Shown: positions 24,701 through 36,805 of the stretch, piece by piece
Numbering within the stretch: the first letter of the stretch is position 1
Layout: each line of letters starts with the position of its first letter
From: Carcharhinus amblyrhynchos
Taxonomy: Eukaryota
Direction of reading: 5' to 3'
Length of the DNA: 64,000 nucleotides
Assembly: GCA_965287045.1 (NCBI GenBank)
Contig: OZ336874.1
Span: forward strand, 95,790,001-95,854,000
Position numbers and translations under genes: made by a program
The notes under the pieces: generated by a model
What the model was told of the DNA's origin: nothing
The model's database searches: none
The model's input: only the letters and a program-made list of their open reading frames with translations

Positions 24701-27700
24701 TCATTTTTGTATAGTACTTTTTTTTAAAGAAAGCTGATTATTTTATTTTTTGAATACTTTATATGAACAAAAGTGTGATGCAAAGTTGTTTTAACAGAAA
24801 ATGAAAGCACCATTATGTTTGCACTGTTTTTGTACACAGCTTTCCTAATGTGGGCAGGCTTCATTAGAATCAAGTTTTATCATGTTGCTTCAGCCACTGA
24901 ACTTATGCAATATTACATTTGTATTATAAAGTTTTGTTATTGTGGTGTTTTATTTGAAAATGTTTTTTCAAGTAGGTTATTTAAGAAGGATTATTGAAGC
25001 ACATGGGATTAAATTATTTGTTTTCTCTAATTTAAAGGAAAAAAAAACACCTTTTTTTAATTTTAGCTTCTGCAATTAATGCCAAAACTTCAAGAAAGTT
25101 TTAGATACTTAAAAGGATATTTGTTTTATACCTGGTGTGGTTAAATGCTGGCTAAATTGAAGCCTTTTCTTTTAAAGGATGGCCTCGCTCTAATTATAAT
25201 TGTGCAGAAGTTTATAAAGGCAGTGACCATTTACTTTATATTTGGTTTTTTTGGAGCTGCACACCGCTGCTGCTGTTTGAAATATGTGGTGTTGCTCTGT
25301 CATGTTCCTCTGATTATACTATACTACAGGGTGACAGAATTGAGTTTTTACACACTGCCCTATTGCTAGCCACATGGTCAAGACAAAGGGCCAAATGAAG
25401 TCTCTGATAATTTTCCCCCAAGAAAATATTTTTAAATGAATGAAGCCCTGGGCCAATTTGCACATCTTCCACCAGCTGGCTCGAGAGGGGTGGAATAGAA
25501 GTGACAAGCAGATAGTTAGTGAGGGTGGCAGGGGTGAATCAGACAAAGGTCCAAATGTGACACCGCACTACCTTCTTCCCTTGCTCATTACATTGCTGAC
25601 TAGCCTTTACTTCTGAAATCATGGAGAAATACAAAAATAGCTAAATTCAAAAGTTGTTTTAAAGTATACTCACGTAGGATGAGGGTTAGGCCAGGCCAGC
25701 ATTTATTGTCCATCCCTAATTGTCCTTATGAAGGTGGTCGTGATTGAAGTAAATTGTTTGGTTCTTCATACAGAGTAACATTCTTAACACAAGACATGGA
25801 AAAACTTTGTTCTTGTACTACTTACTTGAACACATCTGTACAAAATTACAAATTGTAAAATCAAAGTTACTGAGTTTCTTTTATTAAAAACCTGTTTGTA
25901 ATTGGATAGCTCTTTAAAAGAGCGGTACAGGCATGATGGGCTGAATAGACTGTTTCTGTGTTGTATGATTCTTATATAGAACCGATGGTTGAATTTAAAC
26001 ATGTTGTAAGATAAGCTGTTCTAATTTATGTATTTCTTGTGAAGGAGTTTGTTATGACAGTTTCAGATAAATTGCCCTCCCTGACACTTCTTTGGAACCA
26101 TAATGAAACCTCGAGTAGACAGTTGTGTTATTATTGGGTGAGTGTTGAGAGAATGTACACGTGGCATGCTGTTTAATTGATGTCTCTGTAAAATGTTTGT
26201 GGAGACTCCTTTCAAGTTCCTTTTGAATAAGTCCTTTGAATGTGTCTCGACACCTTCTCAAGTGGTACTGGTTGAAGAGGCATGTAATTTGCCCAGAGCA
26301 AGGTGCATAAATGCACAGAGTGGTACAAAGCTTTTCCTAATGGGTACATGCTTTTTTAAAAGGGGGTGCGGTTCTTCAAGTGCATTGTTGTATTTTAAAG
26401 CTTAGCTTTCCACAGGCCCTTTCCTCTGGCACTTCTTTTTTCATTTGTTTCTTCTGAAAAGCGATGGATTATGTTTTGAGGTCAATTTTTAATTATAAAA
26501 ACAAAACATCAAAATCTAGCTTTCAGAGAAGAAATCAAAATGCGATAACAAAGCATGGAATTAGAGTGAAGGCAACAGGTACTGAAACAGGTAAAGCTCA
26601 GATAGTCAAAGTGTGCTTTTTGTTAAAAAAAAGCAGCAAGTTGCATTTGCTGATTTGCACCCCTGTTTGTTTCCTGTTTCATGTTTACATTTCCTACAAA
26701 CAAAAAGGCAGTTGAGTTGGACAAATCATTGTTGTGTAATTGTGAGAGTGCACTGTGGTAATAAATGTCAAAGCTAAAAGGAACTCGGTAAGAAGTCAAA
26801 CTTTGTGCTGTGGAAGCGTCGGAATCTCCGGAATAGATTCTGTGAAACGAGTTTAACAATGTATTGTACGTTTCTTTCTGTGTGGTATTTTTTAAAAGCC
26901 TTCAAACTCACAATGTCAGTAAGGTGAAAATGATTGCGCACTTATTTCTGATGGTTCCTGAGGAGTTTGAGGATCAAAGAACAAGCCGTGAAGAATTGCC
27001 ATAACTAAGTGGGTTTGAACATGTTACATTCCGACAACCAACCATTTTTTGAAATAGACAATCCACTGATATCCTGCCATCGTTAATTTTCTTCCAGATT
27101 TGTATACTGTAGCAAAACTAACGTACTGGGTTCTGATGAAACATTTGTTCACAATCCACTTGCACGTTTCAAGTTTGCAATGCAACTCATTTCCACCTTA
27201 CTGCAGTCATGTCCCCGTTGTGGTAGACTGTGGATCAAACGGGTGAATGTTGTGAAGTTTGTTTTAATAAAGAGAACAATTGAGTACCTTTAAAATTTAG
27301 ATAGCAACTGCGGCGAGGGAATTGCTCACTTTTCGAGACCAGAGTGAATGCGTGTTTGAGGTTCCGAGTGTTTTTAAAGCAAATCTCATTGCAAAAGTTG
27401 AATTCTATGTGTGACATCACATTACGTAGCTGTGACCTGATGATACATCAGCTGATTTACTAAGTGATGCTGTTTATGGGATGTTTGTGACATTACAAAG
27501 TAATAGTGACCAAAAACTGTTAATGCCTAATGCCCGGGTAAGTGACTGCAACCAATCTTGTGACTGTCCAAATTTACTCTCATCCTTAACTCACAGAAGT
27601 TCTACTGATGACTTGTAAAAAATGAATAGACTGCGAACATTAAAAAAAATCTGCTTAAACACTTGCATGCAGTTTTATCTTCCAAATATGGAAAAGACCA

Positions 27701-27960
27701 GCCTTACTGCTGGCTGAGCAACTCACAATCCTCCCATTATCTGAACAATGTTTTATGTGTCAAACTGCAGCTGTGTATGGTATTTATGTCTTATAATCCT
27801 GCAAAATTCTATCCAGTCATATCTAATGTAGAACTTAGTTTTCAGTGAAAGTATTATGTAGTGCTTTTCAGATATTTGTGTGCAATATCCCCTGCCACTG
27901 GAGTATTTGATGTAAAGGGATCAATTAAAACCCACAATAAAATGAAGAACAACAATTGAG
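21706..27960 (+). other. MAP1B: Probable long MAP1B 3'UTR
   Basis: About 6.2 kb of AT/GT-rich sequence almost free of the repeats that fill the rest of the window. It ends at tandem ATTAAA (27924-27929) and AATAAA (27936-27941) followed by a T-rich tract; repeats resume from about 28160. The extent is inferred. Confidence 0.7.
27924..27941 (+). terminator. Putative distal MAP1B polyadenylation signals
   Basis: ATTAAA then AATAAA, with downstream ttatgttttcttttcc, at the end of the repeat-free block. Confidence 0.6.
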
Positions 27961-28434
27961 TTATGTTTTCTTTTCCTATCAATGTTAATGCAAGTAACAA
28001 TTATGTTACCCACTTGCTGTCCCAGTCTATCATTATTTTAATGGTAAGCTTGTATAAGGACTTTGCCAGCCTGACTTAGGAAAGGATATTTTCTTTGTTT
28101 AGGGTCTCATCAACATAAAGCTGTCACAGAGTAAAATTATGTACTCAGCAACTTAATGTTTCTTTTATTCTTTCATGAGACTGGACATCACTGGCTAGAC
28201 CAGCATGTTTATTGCCCAATCCTAATTTCCCTTGAGAAGGTGATTGTGTGGCTGGAAGTAATTGAGGAAAGGATCAGCGCAGCTTTTTTTGTTATTCATT
28301 TGTAGGACTTGGGTATCACTGGTTGGGCAGCATTTATTGCCCATTCCTAGTTGCCCTTGGAGGGCAGTTGAGAGTCAACCACATTGTTGTGGCTCCGGTG
28401 TCACATGTTGGCCAGACCAGGTAAGGACGGCAGA

Positions 28435-28777
28435 TTTGATGGGTATAGATAGAGTGAATGCAAGCAGACTTTTTCCACTGAGGCTAGGGGAGAGAAAAAC
28501 TAGAGGACATGGGTTAAGGGGGAAAAGTTTAAAGGGAATTTAGTGGGGCAGTCTTCACACAGAGAGTGGTGGGAGTGTGGAATGAGCTGCCAGATGAAGT
28601 GGTGAGTGTGGGCTCACTTTTAACATTTAAGAAAAACTTGGACAGGTACATGGATGAGAGGAGTGTGGAGGGATATGGTCAAGGTGCAGGTTAGTGGGAC
28701 TAGGCAGAAAAATGGTTCAGCACAGACAAGAAGGGCCAAAAGGCCTGTTTCTGTGCTGTAATGTTCTATGGCTCTAT
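28435..28777 (+). mobile_element. CR1 3' fragment nested in another repeat (28290-28960)
   Basis: MGIDRVNASRLFPLRLGERKTRGHGL, with a ttctatgg tail. Confidence 0.8.
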
Positions 28778-29354
28778 TTCCTTCCCTAAAAAGACATTAG
28801 CCAGATGGATTTTTTTCGACGATGATTTCATGTTCATCAGTAGATTCTTCATTCCAGATATATTTTATTGAATTCAAATTCCACCCTCTGCCGTGGTGGG
28901 ATTTGAACCTGGGCCCCCAGAACTTTAGTTGAGTTTCTAGATTATTAGTCTGGTGATACTGCCATTGGGTCTAAAGAATTCATAACTGAAGCAGAGAGGT
29001 AATGCAATGGGTTGAACAGCCTTCTGTATGGTAAATGTTGATTATTCTAGGATATAATCAGATCTTACAGAATTAGAATATAATCAGATCTTACAGAAAT
29101 AAAACACTGCTGTATAGACTGCATTCTAATCCATTAATTAATGACATTTTAAAACAATTGAAGCTGAAATTAATAACTTTTTAAAAAAAAATAACATGAG
29201 CGCTCAGGCTGGGAGGGGGATTGAGTGACCAGAAGTTAGCACAAATTCTAACCCCAGGCAGGTGACTGGTATGTTCATAACTGGAATAATATGTGGAATT
29301 TGAGATTCTTTGTTGGGACTATCATTTATTTTGTGCAACAATTCTGTAATAATG

Positions 29355-29932
29355 ACCTGGATTTTGCTGTGAAGCAAAGGTGCTCACTGTTGACCTTGAA
29401 GGAAACTACCCACAAAGGTCCTGTGCTCACATTCCTCTGATGCCAGTTGAATTCTGGCACCAAGGGGATCTCTTGCATGCAGCAGCAGAGATGTCACCAA
29501 TCAGTCAATAGCAGCTTTGTGTATGACAATGTATAATAATCATACAGCAAATCAAAATGTTAAAAGCACTTAATATCACTTCGAAATTAAGATTTCACAT
29601 ACTGAAATTATAACTGGAATTAAGGTGGAAGCTAAAATAAAGATAACCACACTTAAAAATATGTAATTTTTATCATGTGCAGAAATTTGACATTCCAGAA
29701 CTTTGAAATTAGCTTCTCACGAAGAGTGAGGGTGTTGAATGGAACTTCTTGTCCATTCAGAAGATTGCCCAACTCAATAACACAAATCTGGTGAAGCATA
29801 TAATTATCACCAGCTACTTCTGGATTTCTGCATGATTTTGAATGTGAGGACTCCAGAAGCAGCTGTCAGTTTTAGCAGAGGAATGATGGCCTACACTGAC
29901 AGGTTTGCCATTATTACCGATGCAAAATCAGG
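29355..29932. mobile_element. Old non-autonomous DNA element
   Basis: Inverted ends cctggattttgc...gcaaaatcagg. A related copy at ~59160-59950 is split by a SINE. Confidence 0.45.
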
Positions 29933-30249
29933 TATGCTTTAGCTTATTTGATAGCAACCTTGTTTCTAAATCAGAATGTCGTAGCATCAGACTACACACC
30001 AAGTTTTGAAGACATAATCTTGCCTGACAATTGGGTGCATGACTGAAGGGCTAATGATTTGATGTGCCACGTTTCAGATGAAATGTTAACCTGAGGGCCA
30101 GCCTACCTGTTCTGGCGAATATAAGTAATTCCACAGCAGGACGTGAAGTTGTCTTGGCTAACATCAATCAAAAATAATCCATACTAGTGTCTTGTTTGTG
30201 CAACATTGCACATTCATTCACAAAGTAGCAACTACATTTTAAACGTAAG

Positions 30250-30431
30250 ACAAAAGCAAAATACTGTAGATGCTGGAAAACTGAAATAAGTCAAAAATTG
30301 ATCGAAGTGCTCAGCAGGTCAAGAGGCTTCTGGAGAGGAACTGAATTCTGATGAAAAGTAATCACAACCTGAAAAGTTGCAAATGCTGTCTGAACGGAGT
30401 ATTTCCAGCATTTTTTTGATTTGTTTCAGAT
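30250..30431. mobile_element. Penelope-derived fold-back element with hammerhead-like core
   Basis: aaaagcaaaatactgtagatgctggaaa...ctgatgaaaagtaatcacaacctgaaa...tttccagcattttt. Confidence 0.55.
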
Positions 30432-30524
30432 AGGATCGTTCTTTAGCATGTTCTAAAGACATGATAAGGTTTAATTTTACTGTGCTTTTGAAGATAGGAG
30501 GATTCAGAGACAACAGCAAGACTC

Positions 30525-31008
30525 AATGGTTTTGCCTTTCACACCAGGATGTCCTAAATCACTTCATTGCCAATAAACTACTTTTCAAGCGTAGCCGCTT
30601 TTATAATGTAGGAAACACAGGAGCCAGTATGTGCACAAAAATGATCTTAAAGTTTATTTACTAGTGTCACAGGCTTACATTAATGCCTCAATGAAGTTAC
30701 TGTGAAAATCCCCTAATGCGATAGTGACCAGATAATTTGCTTTCTTGATATTGACTATGGGATAAATATTATGCCAACAAATCAGTGATAATCCCCCTGC
30801 TCTTCTTCTCTAAAATAGTGCAATGGAATCTTTTGCATCCACCCTAGATGGAGGTCCCAGTCCAATATCCCATCTGGAAGATGGCATCTCTAGTAGTGCA
30901 ACACTCTCAGTACCGCAGTGGAGCATCAACCCAGTGCTTGAGCTCTCGTCCAGAGTGGGATTCTGAATGCATAACCTTCTGATTGGAAGCAATGGTGTTG
31001 CCCACTAA
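30525..31008 (-). mobile_element. Deu-domain SINE (SacSINE1/AmnSINE1-like) carrying an inserted SINE tail at ~30647-30716
   Basis: cctgctcttctt...aaatagtgcaatggaatcttttgcatccacc...aagatggcatctc...agtgcaacactctcagtaccgcagtggag...ataaccttctga. Older copies lie at ~29965-30240 (+) and ~39465-39865 (-). Confidence 0.7.
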
Positions 31009-31574
31009 TGGGTAATGAAATGAGGTTTGATGACTGGGTTGCAAGTTATGGGGAGAGACTCTTAAATCAGAATTGTTATTAAAGTGGAGAAAAGACCACT
31101 GTAAGAAAGATTATCTTAATTGTTGAATTGCCAAGTAACTTAATATGGTGAAAAGGCCATCAGGCTAGTTGACTTGGACTGCAAAGATATATCTAGAAGA
31201 CACTGGTTTAAAATGAGCAAGTCTGAGCAAGATTAGAAATGATATTCCTGCACAGTGGTCAATATTAAATACAACAAATGCAGTTGAGGATGACTGGATT
31301 AAGTTCTTTAAAAGATAGTCAAATATCATTGGCATAGAATGAAATAAAGGTTTTGTTTAGCATCAGTTCTCTTCAATGTCTATGCAGAAGCAATGATTAA
31401 AGAAGAATCTCAAGACACCAAAAATGGTGGTAATATTGGGGAAATGAATGATAACATCAGTTAGATTTTCAGATGAAAAAGCACTTGTAACAAGCAAGAA
31501 TTACAAGAACTCTGAAATAGATTAGTTATAGCAGGGTTACTCAGGGCCATGTTCATGGTCATATTTTGAATAGA

Positions 31575-32520
31575 TTTCCTCAGGGGAGTGTCTACGGCCC
31601 AAACTTTCTCAGCTGCTTCATCAATGACCTTCCTTCCATCAGAAATGCAGATGTTTGCTGATTGCGCAATGTTCAGCACCAGTCATGAGTCCTCGGATAC
31701 TGAAGCAGTCCATACCCAAATGCAGCAAGACCTGGACAATCTTCAGGTTTGGGCCAACAAGTGGCAAGTGACATTCACTCTACACAAGTGCCGGTCCATG
31801 ACCATATCCAACAAGAGAGAACTTTTCCATCATCTCTTGACATCCAATGGCGTTACCATTGCTGCATCCCCCACTTTCAACATGCTGAGGGTTACCATTG
31901 ACCTGAAACTGAACTGGACTGGCCATATAAATATTATAACTACAAGAGCAGGTCAGAGGCTAGGAATTCTATGGTGAGTAACTCATCTCCTGACTTCCCA
32001 AAGCCTGTCCACCATCTACAAGACAAAAGTCAAGAATGTGATGGAATACTATCCACTTGTTTGAATAGTTGCATCTCCAGCAACACTCAAGAAGCTCAAT
32101 ACCATCCAGGAAGCCCAGTTGATTGGCACCCCATCCACTAATCTTCACTCCCTCCACCACTGATGAATTGCAGCAGCAGTGTATACCATCTACAAGATGC
32201 ATTGCCAGAACTCACAAAGGCTCCTCTGACAGCACCTTCTAATCCCATAGCTGCTGCAACCTAGATGGACAAAGGTAACAGACACATGGGAATATAACCA
32301 GCTAGATTTCCATCTCCAAGCTGCTCACCATTCTGACTTGGAAATATATTGCCATTCCTTCACTGTTGCTGGGTCAAAATCCTGGAATTCCTTCTCCAAG
32401 AGCATTGTGGGTGTACATAGACTGCAGCAGTTCAAGAAGGCAACTCACCTCGACCTTCTCAAGGGCAATTAGGAATGGGCAATAAATTATACCCACATCT
32501 GAAAAATAAATGTTTTTTAA
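31575..32520 (+). mobile_element. CR1/L2-group LINE 3' portion (second family)
   Basis: PQGSV...MFADCAMF...MQQDLDNLQVWANKWQVTF...LNWTGHIN...RAGQRLGIL, with 3' end aagggcaattaggaatgggcaataaa. Confidence 0.85.
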
Positions 32521-32544
32521 AAATGGCATGAAGTTTGGAATGAA

Positions 32545-32890
32545 GTGACACAGTAGCACAGTGGTTAGCACTGCTGCTTCACAGCTCCACAGTCCTGGGT
32601 TTGATTCCTGGCTCGGGTCACTGTCTGTGTGGAGTTTGCACATTCTCCTCATGTCTGCATGGGTTTCCTCCGGGTACTCCTGTTTCCTCCCACAGTCCAA
32701 AGATGTGCAGGTCAGGTTGATTGGTCATGCTAAGAAGTTGCCTCTTAGTGTCCAGGGATGCATAGGTTAGAGGGATTAGTGGGTATAATATGTAGGGATA
32801 TGGGGGTAGGGCCTGGGTAGGATGGTGTTTGGTGCAGACTTGATGGGCCGAAGGACCTCTTTTTGCACTGTAGGGTTCTATGATCTGTGA
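32545..32890 (+). mobile_element. HE1-like V-SINE, CR1-type tail
   Basis: cagtggttagcactgctgc...gtttgattcc...ttctatgatctgtga. Confidence 0.85.
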
Positions 32891-34374
32891 TGAGTGAACA
32901 TTGGCAAAACCAACATGATGCATATCTCAAGAACACCATGAAATAATCATATATTCATAAACTAAATAGAACTAGAACAGGCTCAAGAATCCAGTTATTT
33001 ATGAAGCATAATGTATGCAGATGGAAGTTTGAACAAAGAAATAAGAACAGGGATAGCAATGCATTCAGTGTGATTAGACAGTTGCTAACCAGGAAGCTAA
33101 ATAATCAACTCATGAAGCACCTTGTGTAGAGCTTGATTTGGGATGTTGGTTTTAATGCATGAGAGCCATGGACCTTACAGAGGGAGGAGAGAAACTTGCT
33201 AAATTGCTTTGAAACACAAGTTTGGAGGAGAATGGAAAGGATGAGCTGGAAGGAAAAAGTAAATGACTAAGTGCTGGGAAAGTGAATGAACCTAGAAATT
33301 TGCTGCATGCAATTATGAAAAGACAGAGTTTAGGCAGGGCTCATTCTAAAAGGAAATGGACTTGTAAGAGATGTTGCAGAGTGAAGAATTGAAGGAAATA
33401 GGGGAAGAGGAGGAAGAAACTATCAATGTCGGATGGCTTAAAAATTGAAGGAAGTTATTGGAAAATGAAAAGACCGTCTCTGGACAGAGAGACATATTTA
33501 TGAGCCATAGACAGAGCATACATGATAATGAGAATGAGATAATGAAATACGAAACAAGAGAAGTTTGGGATGACAGGTTAAACCACAGTGATGTGAATAT
33601 GCGCAATCTAGACTTTGCAATGATAGGGTAGGATTTAGATTGTTTTAAGAGGGAATATGTTGGATGGGCTAATTGGAAACACGTGAGAGGACTTGTCAGG
33701 GTGAATGCTGAGAGGATGTTTGCCCCAGGGAAAGAAACGGAAGTTAAAAGTAAAGAGACTCTCCCATTTTAAGACAGAAATGAGATTACTTGATGAATCT
33801 GTGGAACTCTCTTCTCCAGAGAGTAGTAGAGGCAGGGTTAGTGAATATTTTGAAGGCAGAGGCAGAAAGATTCCTGACAAATAAGGCAGTCAAAGGGTTA
33901 TAGGGAAATGGCATTGAGGTCATGATCCAATCAGCCAAGATCATATTGAATGGTGGAGCAGGCTCCAGTTGCCAGGTAGCCTACTTCTGCGCCTAAATTA
34001 TACATGTGTATTTTATTTCTTGTTCCATAGTTTGGGCATGGCCAACATAGTAAGGATAAGATATTGCAAAGTTTGATGACTTAACTCAACACCATCCTCA
34101 GTAAAGATAGGAAGGATGCTTAACAAAAACACTTAAGATTTAATACAATATGATTAGATCATTTCTAACATGGCAGTTAAAAAGAAAATATTTTTACTGA
34201 AAGTACATCTTTCAAAGGCCCTCACTGCAGCATGTCATTTCAGATTAGTCCAGTGTTTACAGGCTAAGCTTACCACATGCTTGAAGTTTCACCCCGGTGG
34301 GATTAAATGATTTATAATTAGAATGAATTATTGGCTACTCTATTTCGAAGTATATTCTGTTATAATCAGTTTTG

Positions 34375-34665
34375 AAGTTTTTATTTATTAGTGTCACAAG
34401 TAGGCTTATATTAACACCACAATGATATTACTGTAATAAATCCCCTAGTCACCACACTCTGGTGCCTGTTTGGGTACACTGAGGGAAAATTTAGCATGGT
34501 CAATGCACCTAACCACCACGTCTTTTAGAGAGGAAAACGGAGCACCCAGAGGAAACCCAAGCAGACATGGGGAGTATGTGCAGACACTGCACAGAGTGTG
34601 ATACAAGGCAGGAATTGAACCAGGGTCCCTTGCGCTGTGAGGCAGCCGTACTAACCACTGTGTCA
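34375..34665 (-). mobile_element. HE1-like V-SINE, alternative tail
   Basis: Similar to 10278-10557. Confidence 0.85.
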
Positions 34666-35870
34666 TCATAGCCCAAACCATTATAACAAACTAAAGGTAT
34701 ATAAGTCAAGTTGAGCTGTGACATTTTTGTTACTTCAATTGCAATACAATCTTGCAGCAGTCATAAAGTTTCAGTTACATCTCTATGCCTTGTCCATTGT
34801 GCAACCCGTATCTCTAAATTGTTTACAGTGGGACATTATTTTAATCTTCTACTCTTAAAAATAGCTGCAGTTAAAAGATCAGCAATTGCTTTTGTTTTGA
34901 ACTTTGATCTCATTCCTTACATTAACAGACTTTGTACTACTTTAATTATGTGAAACCTATTGCAAAGAGAGGGATAGAATTTCGTGGTTTGTTTCACTTC
35001 TAACAAAAGACACAATACAAATGACACTTTTAATTTATATTACAGCAACTAGAGTTTATACATGAATTTATTTGGAGACTAGGTATTGAACTAAATCATT
35101 GAATAAATACAATTCACTAGGTTGTTCTCATAATTCAAAATATCAATGGAGAAAGGCAGAGGAAAGGCACGTTTATCAATATTTCTTAATGACCTTAACA
35201 GCTCTGGGTAAAAGCAGGTTGGGAAATCAACATTTCAGAGTGGCCCTTAGCTTCCACATGGTGGGAGGCAGTTAAAATGTAATGTAGAGCTTGCTCTATT
35301 CCAATCCTGACCTGGCTATTACAATTTCAAAGAAAATGAATTGGCACCATCAGGGCCCAATCTGTCATTCTAACCTCAGACCAGAGTGGCAGAGCAGTGG
35401 TTGCTTCTGCAGTGCCCCAAACCAGCCAGGAACTGAGCCAGTACCAGGCAAGGCCCAGAAGATAAGTTTGAAACTTTTTTTGAGTTTCTTTGCTAGCCAA
35501 AACTAGTTGGAGTCCTTGTCCAAACCCTTAAGGAAAGCTTGGGCCTCCTTTGATTCATATCCTCCTCTCTTTCTGGATTAGATGTCCCTCTGAAGCACTA
35601 ACCTCATGCAGAGGGCTGCTTCTCAGGGGCCCCAGTCACTTCTTCCTGACATCTTACGTTAAGACGTAAATATTCCCTTCTCACTGACATTCCGGCCTTT
35701 TTGGTCAGGAAATCAGCAAGTGATAAGTTAATGAGGGCTAGGCAAGAATACCCGCCAAGCCTGCTTGCTAATGCTCCCTCGTAGCTGCCTGCTGGCCCAC
35801 CAGTTGATTCACCCCTCAAATGGCAGCTTGCACAAATTATTCACAATCCTCAGTATATATCATTAGATTA

Positions 35871-36805
35871 CATAAGAACATAAGAAATAAGAACATAAGA
35901 AATAGGAGCAGGAGTAGGCCATCTAGCCCTTCGAGCCTGCCCCGCCATTCAATAAGATCATGGCTGATCTGTCGTGGCTCAGTTCCACTTTCCCGCCCTC
36001 TCCCCATAACCCTTAATCCCCTCTCTTATCAAAAACCCATCAACCCACGTCTTAAATATATTTAGCAAGGTAGCCTCCACCACTTCAACGGGCAGAGAAT
36101 TCCAGAGATTCACCACCCTTTGAGTGAAGAAGTTCCTCCTCAACTCCGTTCTAAACCGCCCCCCCTTTATCTTGAGGCTGTGCCCCCTAGTCCTACTGTC
36201 TTTTTTGAGCAGGAAGAGCCTCTCCACCTCTATCCTATCCATCCCATTCATCATCTTATACGTCTCAATGAGATCTCCCCTCATTCTTCTAAACTCTAAC
36301 GAGTACAAGCCTAGTTTATTCAGCCTCTCCTCATAGCTCAACCCCCTCAACTCCGGTATCAGCCTAGTAAACCTCCTCTGCACTCCCTCCAAGGCCAAAA
36401 TATCTTTGCACAGGTGCGGCGCCCAAAACTGCACACAGTACTCCAGCTGCGGCCTCACCAATGCCCTATACAGCTGCAGCAAGACCTCCCTACTTTTATA
36501 TTCAATCCCCCTCGCTATGAAGGCCAGCATCCCATTCGCCTTCCTGACCATCTGCTGCACCTGCAAGCTGGGTTTTTGCGACTCATGCACAAGGACCCCT
36601 AGGTCCCTCTGCACCGTCGCCTGCTACAGTTTTTCGCCACATAAGTAATAATCCTTCCTACCATTATTCCTATCAAAGTGGACCACCTCACACTTGCCAA
36701 CATTAAATTCCATTTGCCATTTCCTGGCCCATTCGCCCAGCCTATCTAGATCCTTCTGCAGACTCTCCACACCCTCCGCACAATTTGCCGCTCCCCCAAT
36801 CTTGG
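35871..36805 (-). mobile_element. Young 5'-truncated CR1 LINE with an 8-bp target-site duplication
   Basis: Nearly identical to the reverse complement of 9104-10030. Flanked by TTAGATTA at 35863-35870 and 36806-36813. Confidence 0.95.

Larger units (their letters stand above)
31360..33560 (+). mobile_element. Ancient RTE-like LINE RT remnant, split by younger insertions
   Basis: VLFNVYAEAMIKEE...GNIG before 31530, and VNIGKTNMM...IELEQ...ADGSLNKEIRTGIAM after 32890. Confidence 0.6.

Noticed and set aside
29052-29098. Direct repeat atataatcagatcttacagaa x2 as a CRISPR-like or functional array
   Set aside because: Only two copies; a simple tandem duplication in eukaryotic DNA. The same applies to the repeat at ~23195-23242.
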